Shown: one piece after another, positions 1 through 13,097 of the stretch | Layout of the letters: the number at the start of each line of letters is the position of its first letter | Position numbering within the stretch: the stretch's first letter is position 1 | Source of the DNA: Catajapyx aquilonaris | Lineage: Eukaryota | DNA length: 60,177 bases | Assembly (NCBI GenBank): GCA_000934665.2 | Contig: KZ538589.1 | Span: forward strand, 1-60,177 | Direction of reading: 5' to 3' | Made by a program: the position numbers and the translations under genes | Notes under the pieces: model-generated | What the model was told of the DNA's origin: nothing | Database searches by the model: none | What the model saw: only the letters and a program-made list of their open reading frames with translations

Positions 1-862
1 GCCCGGGTAAATCCGTGCTCCGCCTCGTCGCCAAATATGTTATGTCCGGAGACCGAGGAACTGCTGAATGATACACTACGCCATCTTTGCTACTCCTCTA
101 TTTCTTTTGTTTTACTCCGAGAGGTGCTGCCACCTGTCTGTATAATGCCTAACAGTTACAGTAATTAGTGGTTGATATAAATCATAATATAGGCTAATGA
201 AAATAATATTATATGGGTATAATGAAGGTCGTGACAACTTATTAGTAATGAGTAATTTATTTGTGGGGCAGATGACTGTTGGGCGGGGGTAAATGTGCAG
301 CAACGTAATAAGATAGACTCTATAACTGCAGTGCATAACTTATACAATAGCCTACATGCTGATGTGGCAGGCTCTGGTAATCCAGAGAAGAGCAAAGCAG
401 TATAGTACATTCACGCAGGGCATCTAATAAAAATACAATTTACATAAAATTTAACATAGAAACCAAAGGGTTCCGGCTAATAATTCTCTCTTCTAACTTC
501 AAGGCGATAATTTTTTTTCTAATGTCCTGTAGGCTATGCGTCGCTAGTATGCAATTGGAAGACAGCTTATTAATCTGTATAACCTATGGAATCTATTGAC
601 TTGTCAACACACAGTGACGCACATAAATATTATAGTGTTATAATAACAGAAAATTAATGTCAGGCAGGGCGCAGTGACTCAATACTTTGTACCCTGTGGT
701 TTCTTTGGTCATGAAGTACTATAGAAGAGGCCTGTTGTACTTGGCATTTAAAAATTGCTTGAAAGTCGGTTGAGCTTTTGTTTCATGAGGCCAATGGGAT
801 TAACATTCGCAATTTATTTAATAGACTGACTCATATAGGTAAGTTCGAGATTGTCCAAATGT

Positions 863-3800
863 TCATAACACATGCTGAACATCACCGTCTGGCAAGAACA
901 CGTCATCAAGTAAATCATCTTCCGCAGGTGAACAAACGATTCCCTCGTCATGGCTGGCAGTGGTCGATACCAAGACGGTTGATTCACCGATGCATGTCTT
1001 GTCTTCTACTGCATTTTCCTTAGGTCTTCATGTCGTGCAGAGAACATATTTGTGCGTATTAATTAGAGCAGGTCAAATTATTGTATTGGATTTCATATTT
1101 AGTTTGTGCAACAATGCAGCGTTTTGAACTGTTTAAAAAAGCCATAATTCAATGTAGATGACTAACCTCTGCTTATTTCTTATGGTGTAATAGTCTGCAG
1201 ATGGATTGATGGTCAACACGAGGTATGGCTCCGATGCTTCCAGGATGTCCTCCAGATGCATTCGAAGCTCAGTGAACGACGGTCGTGAAGCTGGAGTTGT
1301 CCTCCAGCACTTTTGTATCAGGGTGTACCTGCAATTTTATACTAATTAAGTAGAAGGAAATGTATACATGAGTGAATGATAATCACAATTCTTCGCTGCA
1401 ACTTCCAGGCCGTTCCATGCGATACCCAGTTTTTAAAAGGTGCAGCAACTCCGAGTTGGACAGTCCTGGATACGGTACACCTCCGAGGGTCACCAGTTCC
1501 CACAGAACCACACCGAATGACCACCTGAAATTTTGGCGAATTATATGTTGAATATTTTCTCATTGTCTCGTATATGAATAGAAAGGCTCAATTTACACGT
1601 CAGACTTGCTGGTAAAGACGTGATCGAAAAGCGATTCAAGCGCCATCCACTTGACAGGCAATTTCCCGTCAGTCTTTTGCTGATAGAAATTCCACATGTA
1701 TATGTCTCGACTTAATCCAAAGTCTGAAATCTTAATCTGCCTGTGATCCTCCGTCAGAAGAATATTCCGCGCAGCCAAGTCGCGATGGATCAATCGATTC
1801 TTCTCCAAGTACTCCTATATAGGGCAAGTTAAAATAAATGAATTAAATCAAAAATCGACAAAAAATGCGGCAATGGAAAAAAATTAATTTTATTAAATAT
1901 GAAGCAAAATTCACACTCGCCATTCCTGTTGCGATTTGTCTAGCGTATGACAGAATATCCTTTTCAACCAGAACCGGGAAGTCTATCGCATCATCCGGCT
2001 CTGCAAGGAAGATATAATGTCAAAACTGGCCTAACATTAATAAGGACGATTTGTTCGGTTTCACAGAAAAATATTTGTGCCACGTTAGCCTGCGAACAAT
2101 TTGCGTTGAGAAATTATGTCCACATTTTACCTGTAATATCGTAATAAATTGTGCGCATTACCATTACAGGTCGTTACTGTCCGCCTTCCAGATGCTTCCG
2201 AGCACTCCAGAATGGATGCTGACATAGAAGCTGCAACGATCGCCCACTTTGCATTTATAGGTGATATAATGAGCTACTTGTAGTACCTGATAGTCGTACA
2301 TCCAAATCAGCATAGGCGACAGCAGTCCCAGCTGATCCTCCAGCCATACCCGAATCCACTCTTGGAGCGCAATACAACCCATGGTGTTTGTCTCTCACCT
2401 GCCAAAAAAAACCAGTGTTAGTTCGTCTCTGGCATACCAAGCAGACAGGGCTGACCTTTCGCATGTAAGTGAGCAGGTCGCCACCAGGACAGTGCTCGGT
2501 CACCAGACAAATGGTCCTGCCCCTGGTGCATGCAGCCAGGATGCTGACTATCAGAGGATGACCACCAAGGCCCTTCATCATCTCTATCTCTTGGAGTAGT
2601 TGATGCCTATCTTCTTCCGTGGCAGTCACTGGAAATAACCAGCAAATTCAAGCAGCGCACTTTCCACCCATATAGACTCATTAAAAATAATGATGAAATC
2701 GCGCATTTCAGTACAGTATGTCACTGTATGCATTTAAAAAAAATTAAGCTTGCCTTTCAGCATCTTGACTGCTACAGACTTCCTTATATTGGTTTTCTTC
2801 TCATCTTGTTTCTTTTCTACCATCTGGGCCAATCGGACTATGCCGAATGCACCTTGGCCGATCACGTCTCCAAGTATCAGAGAATCCAGATCGATCTCGA
2901 AGGAATCGCTTCCCAACTTTTCTTGCTGTTCGTGCATGGACACTATGGACCAGTCGTCTTTTACCAAGGCGTCGTGTCGTTCCATTTCCTGCAACATATT
3001 AAATATTATTTAAGATGAAAGTATATCGCCCACTAACTTTACGGCAAAAGGTATGACTGCACATAAATTTGTTTGTTTTTCAAACGACTATTTATATGAC
3101 ACTTACTTCAAAGTATCTGACTCGCGCAATCGTCAACATTCGTTGCTTCCATAGGCTGTGACCGAAGTAACAAATTGTGAATGCCAAAATTACCATTCCC
3201 ATTATTATGGCAAGGTGATACGTAGTTTGTGCCAAATCCATTGTTCCGGAATAATCTGAAAATATTGCAGGTGAACTTTTTTTCCCCTCCTTAGGTAAAC
3301 AAAAAAATAGAGATAGAAATGCCGAACGCAGTAGTTTACATATGCGCAAGGGAAAAATCAATATGCCTTGCAGCTTCATGCTCAACTGGTTGACTTTCTG
3401 CACATTATTAAATTTGCACATTCTTAGACCCCATTTCAAACTCACCACTAGGGGTACGAAATGTACATTTGGCTGGTTTGCTTCTTCCTCCAGAAGTGAC
3501 TGCGGTGACCAACACGTTGTATCTGCTTTCAGTCTTCAACTTGGTGACACTAATCATAAGTGCTTTCTGTAACGGAATATCATTACTACTAATGCTTACA
3601 GGCTATACGTACGCACACTGTACAGTACATACACTCTGCAGATGTATATTGTCTTGGTCCGCATTGTATAGAAATGCGTCTAGTCCGAGTGACACGTTGA
3701 CCTGGTATATGCTAATCACGTTTATTGTCGAGGTGTGGGCTGGTGGAAGCCACTTTATTGTTGCGCTCAGGCCACTTTGACCCATATGAACATCCACCGT

Positions 3801-6800
3801 GACGTTTGATGGAGGTGGCGGGGCTGAAATCAGTCATTTATTCCGACACGTTGACAATAAATTGTCACAATGATCGACTCACAGCAATTGATGAAGCTAT
3901 AGTTATAGCTCTCCAGGCAACTTTTTGTGGTGAACGTGACTGAAGTGTACTCGCTCTCATATGTCCAATCCTGGTTTCTGGATGTTATGGACACCGTGTA
4001 ATCAGTGCTGAACTCCAAGTCTCGAAGTGGATACCGAAACGTTCCCATTGGCTACAATCAAGTTCATGCAAATCAAATTCTGCATTATTCATTAACAATA
4101 GGCAAATTACCTCCTTGATCCGTTCATGACGCATGTACTGCGCCTTTTCGTGGTACCAAGATATTTTATAGAAGCAAGTCCGTTCTGAAATAAAATTGTG
4201 ACGTGTGTACGCTAAGTGCAATCAAGTTAAGGATGGCCCTGAGATGATTAATATTACATAAGCAGTGCTGTGAATAATTAAATGCTTGCAAGTACACTCG
4301 GCATGATGAAGTGAACTTACGCGAAGGAGGTTCCCATCCTACAATTACAGTAACGCTTTTCTTCAGTGGAATCATACTCTCTAGGAATATTGAAGCTGGA
4401 GGGTCCGGTGGTTCGTATGCTAAAAAATGACAGAAAAAAAGTTGAATAATTTTAAAAGTTCACATTATGTGTCTTTATCAGGTTCGAAGATATATTTTCA
4501 TGCCCTTTTTTGCACTGTATTTCTGTTACGTAGGCATATCTGCAATGATGCAGGGGGACCCCGAACTTTTAAGCCCTTCTTGAAGTTTTTGCTAACTAGC
4601 TTCGTCTTTATAAAGTCAGATTTCTTTTGATCCCAAACTCCCCAACGACGACGAGGAACTTACTCAGTAGCCTTCATCTGACAGTGCAAATGTAGTTACA
4701 CGGTATAAATTTGCGTGAATTTGGTTTCATGTTCAAGGCCAGAAAAAGGAGAGTTTTAAAACCAATTTGACTTAATTCCGCAGATGCAGGTCACTTTGAC
4801 GTCAATGCGACACAGAATTATTCAAATGCATAGTGCATGTTCAGCAATCCACACCAAAAAAAAACGGATTTTCTTTGATACCATTGTGAGTTACAGAATA
4901 AAGTGGACTTTGATTTGCTTCACTGGCCACAGAATACAGAGAGCACTTCCGGAATAAAAAATGTGAACCTGATGTACGTACCTGATTGTGTTCGCATCCA
5001 TGCACTTTGAATGGGCTCATTGAGGGTTCCATTCGGAGTGACCGCTGTCAATCGCCACTGGTACGTCGTGTTTGGGGACACTCGAATTGGCTGGAGTGAA
5101 TACTGGGTCTGCAAACATGAGTACATTTTATGCCAATTTTTTTATATAAATATTCCTATTCCCGTTGAATAAATTAACATTTGCGCTGTGGTTGTACACT
5201 GTACTGTACAAGCCCAACTGTGTCTATTCAGGATTGGTTATATCAACAGCTATAATACGAGTAATTAGCTCTTTGGTTATATATATATTTAAAAAATTCC
5301 TACCTTTCCAATATAGGTCCAGTTTTCTCCCTGGGCACTTCTCCTCTCTAGCACAAATACCACTGGTTTCTGGTTGGTCTCATTTTGCATGCTAATTAAA
5401 TTCCACTTCAGATAAAGAGTGTGATACTCATTACTCCCGTGGTTAATTGGGATTTCGCAGTATAGCTTGGGTGCAGTGATTGAAGTGACTTGCTCAATCA
5501 CTGCCGGTAAGGTAATTCCTGCGGATGAAAAAGTCACGGATTTCTATTGCATAATATATTTTTCATGCATATATTTCATGTGCAATGAACATCTATACCG
5601 TACGTCATTTCATTACGTAATTACAGTTTTGATCGACTTTTGTGGTCAGCCTACTTACCATTTCGTAATTGGCTATCCGATTCAGCCAGTGACATGCATA
5701 TGTTCCGACACATATAGTTTCCTTCCTGTGGATAAATATGCACACGATGAAACGCTTATTAGTAATTACAGCTTTTACTTTTTTTGATGCATATTTTAAT
5801 ATATTGCAAATATTGAAACACGACTAGAGTTTGGAAATGTGCAGGGTTTTGCTGTTTCTTTTTTTTACATTCTGGATACTCAATATTGAAAAAGTGCACT
5901 ATTTCCATGGAGCAATTGACCTTCCTATGTTTCCTTGTAAGTTAACTGGTACTTACACATCGATGTAAGCATTCGGCAGTATTAGGGAATTCGTCCGTGG
6001 CTCTCCAGCACTGAAAGTCAAATTTATGAGCAGACGTGAAAAATTATGCCAAAATTAGTTATTCCGTTGCTGATTTATAATTTCATATACGTATATGAGT
6101 AACATCGATTTAAAATGCTGCCAAAATTGCCAATAATTGCATAAGGTGACTACATTTTGAGAAGGAGCAACGTCCAAGTCACATGCAATTAAGAATTTAA
6201 AGAGCCTAAGAGATTTAAGAGACAATAATTTTGTACGTACCAACTCACAAGTACGAGTTGAGCATTTAAATGGCGAAAAGACCGAACTCCACCGAACCAC
6301 AGGTATTCTCCTAAAACCCTGAAATAAAACGACACACTTATTTAACGTCAAACTCATAGCATCATATCTGCACAGAATGATAACCATAAAGGAACTCTGC
6401 AGATCACATATTACAGGGGGGGAAAATATATATATATTTTAGGAATTCAATTAATGGCCAAGTTACCTGCGACGGAGGAAATATAAATAGAGGGGTAAAA
6501 ATAGTGATTTTACGTAATTGCGGTATTGCAGATTGACATTCGTTTGAACTCAATGAAAACATCAATTGCAAAAATTAATATTGATGTTACCACTTTCTGT
6601 ATTAAAATAGCATATTATGCAAACTCTATGAATAAATTGAGTCAATTTTAAATAATTGAAAATAAATGCAGTTATAAAATCGGAGATGAAAGTTAACGTG
6701 GCTTTCGCACTTAGGTGTTGCCAACCGCATACCTCACCATGTAATGTTTTCATTTGAATACGTCAATAACGTGCATAATTAAAAGCCTCAGGAACAATGA

Positions 6801-7173
6801 CATTATTTAAATGTATATGAGTTTATCCCGAAATGAAATTGCGCCTAAGTGTGATCCGTCGCGTCGCCCAGAGTAAGTGGCTTTCTGTGCTTTCAGAGTA
6901 ATTAATACTGACAATCGCATTTCATTCCATCACCTGATTACTCTGAGTCCATATGTATACACACACATATATTCATGGACATATCACTGATGTGTTACTT
7001 ACCAGAAGGAGGCAATTGGCTTTGGCCTGTGCCCTGATTACCCCTTCTATGTACTGACCCCCGTCTATTATGGAGGCACAGCACATAAGAAGCAGGACAG
7101 GAAGTGGACAGCTTAGTTTCAACATCGGTAATAATTTGTCATCCTTGTTGACTCTTATGCGACTCTTGTGCAT
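863..7173 (-). CDS. tor: Torso-like receptor tyrosine kinase (~954 aa, 21 exons): signal peptide, Cys-rich N-terminal box, FNIII-like repeats, TM helix, split kinase domain
   Basis: Hand-spliced exons, frame-consistent throughout: 7173-7003, 6318-6241, 6010-5957, 5725-5659, 5518-5304, 5108-4982, 4419-4321, 4184-4111, 4051-3883, 3823-3633, 3566-3446, 3255-3107 (TM), 2988-2754, 2628-2456, 2398-2287, 2230-2162, 2000-1921, 1814-1597, 1524-1387, 1328-1167, 1025-863. Kinase motifs [49 protein letters not shown]. Activation loop DIYxxNxY..GKLP and ectodomain layout resemble Torso. Start may be 7125. The last exon and torso orthology are less certain than the RTK call. Confidence 0.85.
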
Positions 7174-8866
7174 GGAATATGTGATTACATAATGCTGATT
7201 AATTTGATTCTCCTTTCTCTGACGGGGCTTTTAGGAGTCGGAATACAAACTGGAATGAAAATTGGATTCGCATTTAGCAAGGGACACTCAGCTGCGCTTC
7301 TGCAGCTGAAATTAGTTAGGGGCTAGACAATGTGACATTGTAGTCTGACAATTTCATTTTAGTGTCTCAAAGCATTTCAGTATATGAAGATGAGACGAAA
7401 TCTTACAGGTATGTTTTTATGAAAAACTTGAGAAATTTGGCCTGCATTTTGTTTTAGCAAAAAAAATGTGCAGGTGTTATTTAAAGCTACCGTACTCAAA
7501 ATTTTGGAGAAAAAATTATATTTACCGTCATGATGGCCCGTGAGTCTGATTACATTAATTAAAAGTTTCCACAATGTGAAGAATGTCTAGTGGAATTGTA
7601 CGCTTGGTAGGAATGCGGCCATAGTGTGTGGGGACGAATTTTCAACTACTCTAGCCCGGATGCTTTGTGATTGCTGGCATGTATTCTATGCTGAGCATAT
7701 AAAATAGCGGTATCTGTAATATTACTGTACTTACTCATAGCCCAAATACCATCAATAACTCTTGATCCAAAAAAAATCAATCAACTACATCGAAACTTGT
7801 TGCACTGCACACTGTTCCGAATGAACTAGATGCTGGAAGTATAAGTAAGCTCCTCTGAAGGCAATTTCCCCGCACCCATCGGGGCAGGCGCGTTGAATAC
7901 CCGCTCCCTCACCCCCCACCAGTTCATAGTTTGTATAAAGTAACAAAGTAACAAGCAGAAAGAACCCAACAAAAGACAGGCTTTCAAATGATTGTACGGA
8001 GAAACTTGGGACACGATGCACAATACTCTTGAAAATGCTTCACAACAATGTGATCAACTTGGGTTCATGTTATGTTATATTAACAACTAACGGTGTTATT
8101 ATTAGATTGGGTGTAATTGGGGGGCGGAATTGCCACGCTGTTTGTCTTGTTCTGACACGTTGATTCGGTTAATGACGTAGACGTAATGGGTAATTAATTA
8201 GTACTTTCATAAAGGGAATTAATGAGACGTTACATTTGTCTAAGAGTAATTAGGACGGTAGTGAGTGATAGCACAAGACGCTGCTGATGAAGACATTTTT
8301 AAAATTTTCCAAGAGTGCTAACTTATCCGTCTTCCTTTTGTCATTTTGGACCACTTTCTTAACTGAAGATCCGTAATTTTATGAAGTGATTTAGCCTACT
8401 GTTACTTGCTATAACTAATATTATATCAGCAATGACGAGATAAGACATTTTTTACCGTTTTACTGATGAGAAATTACTTAATCACTCTACTTTCGTCTTG
8501 TAAGACGCCATTTATTTTAATCATGTATGGAGTATCGAGCTTTAAATGGTTTTATTTCCATATATCGATTTTCATCCTGCCGCGAATGGCTTATGTGAGC
8601 GGTAGTTCTGGGAAAAGTGAATTTGTGTTTATGAATCTAGATTAAATCAATAAGATTAAGCATGTTTTTACGATGCAAATCCAGTGGACCCAGGATCAAA
8701 GGGAATACTGGTCGCACTATCTAATTTTCAGTAGGTAGGCCACCTGGCCACGACATGTGAATCCACTTTATCTCGCCTCAAAATCGATTTTCCCAACTGA
8801 CGCCCATCCTCTATATAGGGAAAACCTGCACTTTTTAAAGCGAATTCAACGTTGCATGGGTGAATC

Positions 8867-8867
<1 letters not shown>

Positions 8868-8935
<68 letters not shown>
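8868..8935. repeat. (TAA)n microsatellite
   Basis: About 22 perfect TAA units. Confidence 0.97.
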
Positions 8936-8936
<1 letters not shown>

Positions 8937-9647
8937 AAGTAATAACAACAATAGACGTATTCTGCGAGATTTGATTCAGTTGCCCAGCTGGTTTGTTTAT
9001 GAGAAGAAAAAAATATTACCGCAAATTTGATATGTGCAGAGTAGGCTACATCTGAATAGACATACGCAGCATATAGACCATGTTTTATTCAGAACAACCT
9101 GTTGAGTGTGTATATAGTTAGCACGATACTCTGAAATCGATGAAAGGCAAGCACAGTCTGCTGGTCCCAGGGAATATGCCATTGTTTTCATTGAGTTGAA
9201 AAATTTCACCGAACCCTATTTATTCAGGAGCTCTTCGTGAACAATAGAACATGTCAGGCTAGGTTAATTAAATAGTGCGACTTAATTATTTAAGGGGAAA
9301 TGTGCGGTGACACTGTTGCTTTCTTCATTCCCAGCGCCTTAAAACAATCGGGTGTCTCTTAATCTTAATGTATTATTTGCCGACCTTTTCACATTCTCAG
9401 GCTTTTGTGGGCGTAAATGTTAAGCACCTACTCTTCTTGGCCTTGCTCTGTACACTGTACAGTACCACCCTTTTATCGAATTAAAGTGACAGCTTGTCAT
9501 TAATGGACAAGGCCATAGAGTCAGAAATCGTTTGAAAGTTCTATTTACCTCTTAGCATATACAAAATGTCAAACTTGACAGACACTGCAAAGTAGCGGAT
9601 TTGGTCGTACGAAGTAGACGTATAACCGGACACTGTGGCGAATCAGC

Positions 9648-11120
9648 ATGACCCATTTGGTGTCATTTCGTTCACTTGGTCCTCTCAACAAAGTGGGTGT
9701 CATCATTGGATTGTTTCCATGGCCTTTGGATGGTCACTGGCTATTAAGTCGTTGGCCACTTTTTCTCAACATTTTTCTTGCATTAGTGTCATACACGACA
9801 ACTATCATAACTATTGGTACTTCAGGGGCACCACCAGAGGAAGTAATACCTGCCTTATCGGAGACAGAAGAATATACGTGGTATTCCTATTTCGTGACTT
9901 GCGGATTAGCACCGTGGATTATTTACGTCGTGGTCAATTTCAAAACTAAAAGTCGCACAGAATTGTTGGAAAAAATTCTTCGCATCTGCAACAATAATTC
10001 CAGCCGAGTTCGCACAGCTGAATGGAAAATTCTGTCCATTACTCTCCTGAATGCTGCTGGCCACGTGATCTGCATCGTGTTGTTAGGCGGACGTATTGAG
10101 CTAATATATTTCTTCTTTGTTCATATCCAAAGCATGTTGATCTACGACATTGTTCCCGGTCATATTGCATGGATGTCTGTCGCAATTCAGCAAAAGCTGA
10201 GAGAAATCAATGCGTCAATCACATACCTGTGTACCCAGCATCTGAACAACGTGTTTGTACCTCGTAACGACTATTCTTCCCTGAAGAATGCTGCTGAGGT
10301 GCAATTGTCAAAATTGGGCCAACACTTTTTCGACATTTGCAGTTGCACTGAGAGAATCAGCAAGGATTATGGTCCTACATTGTGCATAATCTTTATGGCT
10401 AACATGACTGAAATTATCACCGACATATTTTCAACGATTTATGTCCTACCGAAGGTCCATCTGGAAATGAAAGCGATGATGATTCTGATGGGAGTGTTAA
10501 GAATCGTCATGTTTTGCTACACTACTTTCATGATTGCTAGTGTATCGGATGAGGTAAGTGTTTTTTGGCACTTCGCAATGTTTGCGTTAATTATTATGCA
10601 ACCTGCTCATTTCAGGCTACAGCATCTTTGCAAGATTTGATCCGAGTCCGTCTCTCAGAGCTGACCCCAAACTGCAGAGAACAGGTCAGTCTACTACCAA
10701 GGAGCGTATAGGCCTACATAAGAGGCGCAAACTTCGGTCAGCGCCATTGATTTCCGCGTCTCTCTGTTTGGGGCCGTTGGCAAGGCTGGCGGCCATTTTG
10801 CAGTGGGGGCAACGCCAACGAGGTATAAATAGGGTACAGGCAAAAATAGGGTCCGCCATCTTTGATGGTTTTGGCGGCCATGGCAACTACACCAGCGCGA
10901 ATCAAAGATGGCGGACCCTATATTTGCCTGTACCCTATTTACCGAAGCAGGTTGGCATAGTGGATAAGGCGTCCGACTGCTAATCGGGAGGTCCTGGGTT
11001 CGAATCCCGGGGCCGGCAACCTTGACCGTGGTTTTCTGTGGTTTTCCACGGTCTGTCTAGGATAATTTCTGGGTTGCTTCCGTATAATAGGCCACCGCCG
11101 CTTCCTTCCTTCCCTATCCT

Positions 11121-11177
<57 letters not shown>

Positions 11178-12016
11178 GGGTAGTGCGGACCTCATTCGAG
11201 GTATTGCACGGACCTTTATTTATTTTGCAATTTTTACATACAGTTTTTTTTCGTCGCAACGCCCTGGTCCACGGGCGTATGGGGAAGGGTAGCTTCCCAA
11301 GGGAGGGCGCTCTCATGTAGTTTCTAGTCATTGCAGACCCTCTTAAACACCAGACCTTTTCTCCTGGCCCCGAGCAGAGAAGGGAGTGCAATTCTGCTCC
11401 GGCATGTCGGGTGAAAAGCGGAAAAAGACCCGGCCAAGCAGAGGTGACGGGGACGGGATTTGAACCCCGGCCTCCCGCTTGGCTGGCCAGCGGCGTAGCC
11501 ACTAGACCACCATGCCTCCCTCCCTATCCTTGGAGGCTGAAAGGCAATGCTGGGCCAACCTCCTTAAATATGTCAATTATAAAGTGTACCCTATTTATAC
11601 CTCGTTGGCGTTGCCCTCACTTCAAAATGGCCGCCAGCCTTGGCTACGCCCCACACAGAGAGACGCGGAAATCGAATGTTTGCGCCTCTTTAATATGTAG
11701 TATATGCTCCCTGCTACTACCATTTCGTAACTGCCATTTAATTCGTAATTATCTCTTTAAAACTAAGGTGAAAACGCTAATTAGACGAATGAGTGGACCC
11801 CCAGTGCAAATCACGGCAGCAAACTTTTTCGCCATCAATCGGAGCCTAATGACATCGGTGAGTTTAAATAGCATTATTTAAAAAAATTAATATAAATTTG
11901 ATTTGAAATCTATACAGATAGGAGGAGCAGTTACAACGTACCTCATAGTCTTGGTACAATTTAAGGACTCTGAGGATTCAACTGTTGTTGCTAACTCTAC
12001 ATCGGCATCAAAATAA
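9648..12016 (+). CDS. Gustatory receptor (7tm_7 chemoreceptor family), ~387 aa, 4 exons
   Basis: Exons 9648-10553, 10616-10684, 11768-11857, 11918-12016; all GT-AG, phase 0. Multiple hydrophobic segments. C-terminus ITAANFFAINRSLMTSIGGAVTTYLIVLVQF carries the GR TM7 signature TYhhhhhQF. Confidence 0.92.
10942..11584 (+). mobile_element. tRNA-derived SINE inserted in the MITE right arm
   Basis: Pol III A box TGGCATAGTGG (~10952) and B box GGTTCGAATCC (~10997). 13-bp TSD TGTACCCTATTTA at 10929-10941 and 11585-11597. Confidence 0.85.
11122..11520 (-). mobile_element. Second tRNA-derived SINE with (TTA)n tail, nested in the first SINE
   Basis: Minus-strand head GGGAGGCATGGTGGTCTAGTGG...GGTTCAAATCC (A and B boxes). 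Simple-repeat tail ~11122-11177. 11-bp TSD TCCCTATCCTT at 11111-11121 and 11521-11531. Confidence 0.87.
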
Positions 12017-13097
12017 ATAAGCGCAACGCTGCTGTGTAAACGTTTCCATATATATTTTTTTAGTTATCAATTTTAATCCGTATTTCCCGCCAACATTGCT
12101 CAAGTTACGCCTACACTCCAGTCGCCTATCCTCACCACGCATGCGCATTGCAGCCAATCATCGCTTGAATCCGGAACCAGCGGACCAATCGCAGGCTTCC
12201 ACGTCACTAGCTGTCCGATGTAAACCTTGTCATAAATTGAGCACGCACACTGCGCACCACTGGTTCCTGATTGGTCCATCCTTAGGCTGGGAATGGACCT
12301 GTCCAATCGGGTGCGAGAGGAGCGGAATGGCAGTTAGTCCGTGTGAAACTTCCCTCCTTCCTTCCTAACGATGGCGTCTCCTTCTCTCCAAGTCTGATCC
12401 TCGTCTCTTCTTCTCCTCCTTTGGCTCGAGGGGGAAACGGGGACTGGAGACTGCCCTCCTTCCACTCCTGGGAGGGTGGCCAGCTAGGGGCGGAGGAAGG
12501 GCAGGTCATGGTTCGGGGGGGTGTTGCATGTGCAGGTATAGGAAGAGGACAAGAGGAAGGCTGCAGGGGCGGAAGGGGCGATTCGAATCCGCCTTCTTGG
12601 GGTCGGTTGGCCTCATTCCGAGTTGGTCGTTGGGGGAGAGTATTTTATAAGGACTTGCTAGTGTTGATGTATCTGTAAGCTTAATTGGGGGATGATGTAC
12701 CAAACTAATGATGGTTGTGGGGATATTAGTAAGAAGGAAGTTGCAGCTGGTGCTTTAGAACTTAGAATTGGTATTGGAAAATAGGTAAATCCCCTGGTGA
12801 TCCTATTTCTTCGGAAATGGTGAGGTGTGGCGGGGATGATGTATAGGTACTTTTATGGCTAATTTATGGAGGGTTTCTTTTGAGAATGGTGTAGTTCCTA
12901 GGGATTGGAGGGATCCTATTATAGTACCGGGTAATAAGAGAGATGTGTGTGACTGCAAGAATTATCGTGGCATTAGTTAAGTGTACTAGGAAAAAAGTGT
13001 ATGCTAAGGTTTTGATAGAAAGAGTTAGGATGGTCACAAGTCAGAGAATAGTGAATATTCAGAGTGGGTTTATGTCTGGTAAGAGTTGTGTAGATCA

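Larger units (their letters stand above)
10698..11713. mobile_element. Foldback/MITE DNA transposon (~360 bp hairpin before interruption) in GR intron 2
   Basis: Long inverted arms: CAAGGAGCGTATA... at the left end and ...TATATGCTCCCTG at the right. Flanking direct repeat CTACTAC at 10691-10697 and 11714-11720 (extendable to 8 bp CTACTACC). CAnGG termini with a 7-8 bp TSD fit the P or hAT superfamily. Confidence 0.85.

Noticed and set aside
10942..11015. tRNA gene
   Set aside because: A and B boxes continue into a SINE body bounded by a TSD; no complete cloverleaf with acceptor stem.
10939..11502. 187-aa ORF with poly-Leu
   Set aside because: Poly-Leu is the (TTA)n SINE tail; the ORF spans two nested SINEs.
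11532..11565. Small self-cleaving ribozyme in the SINE 3-prime part
   Set aside because: Only a simple GGAGG/CCTCC stem is visible; no hammerhead or HDV core could be laid out.
12100..12350. Cluster of four CCAAT/ATTGG boxes as a promoter
   Set aside because: No adjacent gene start; lies next to retroelement debris and is more likely part of a repeat.
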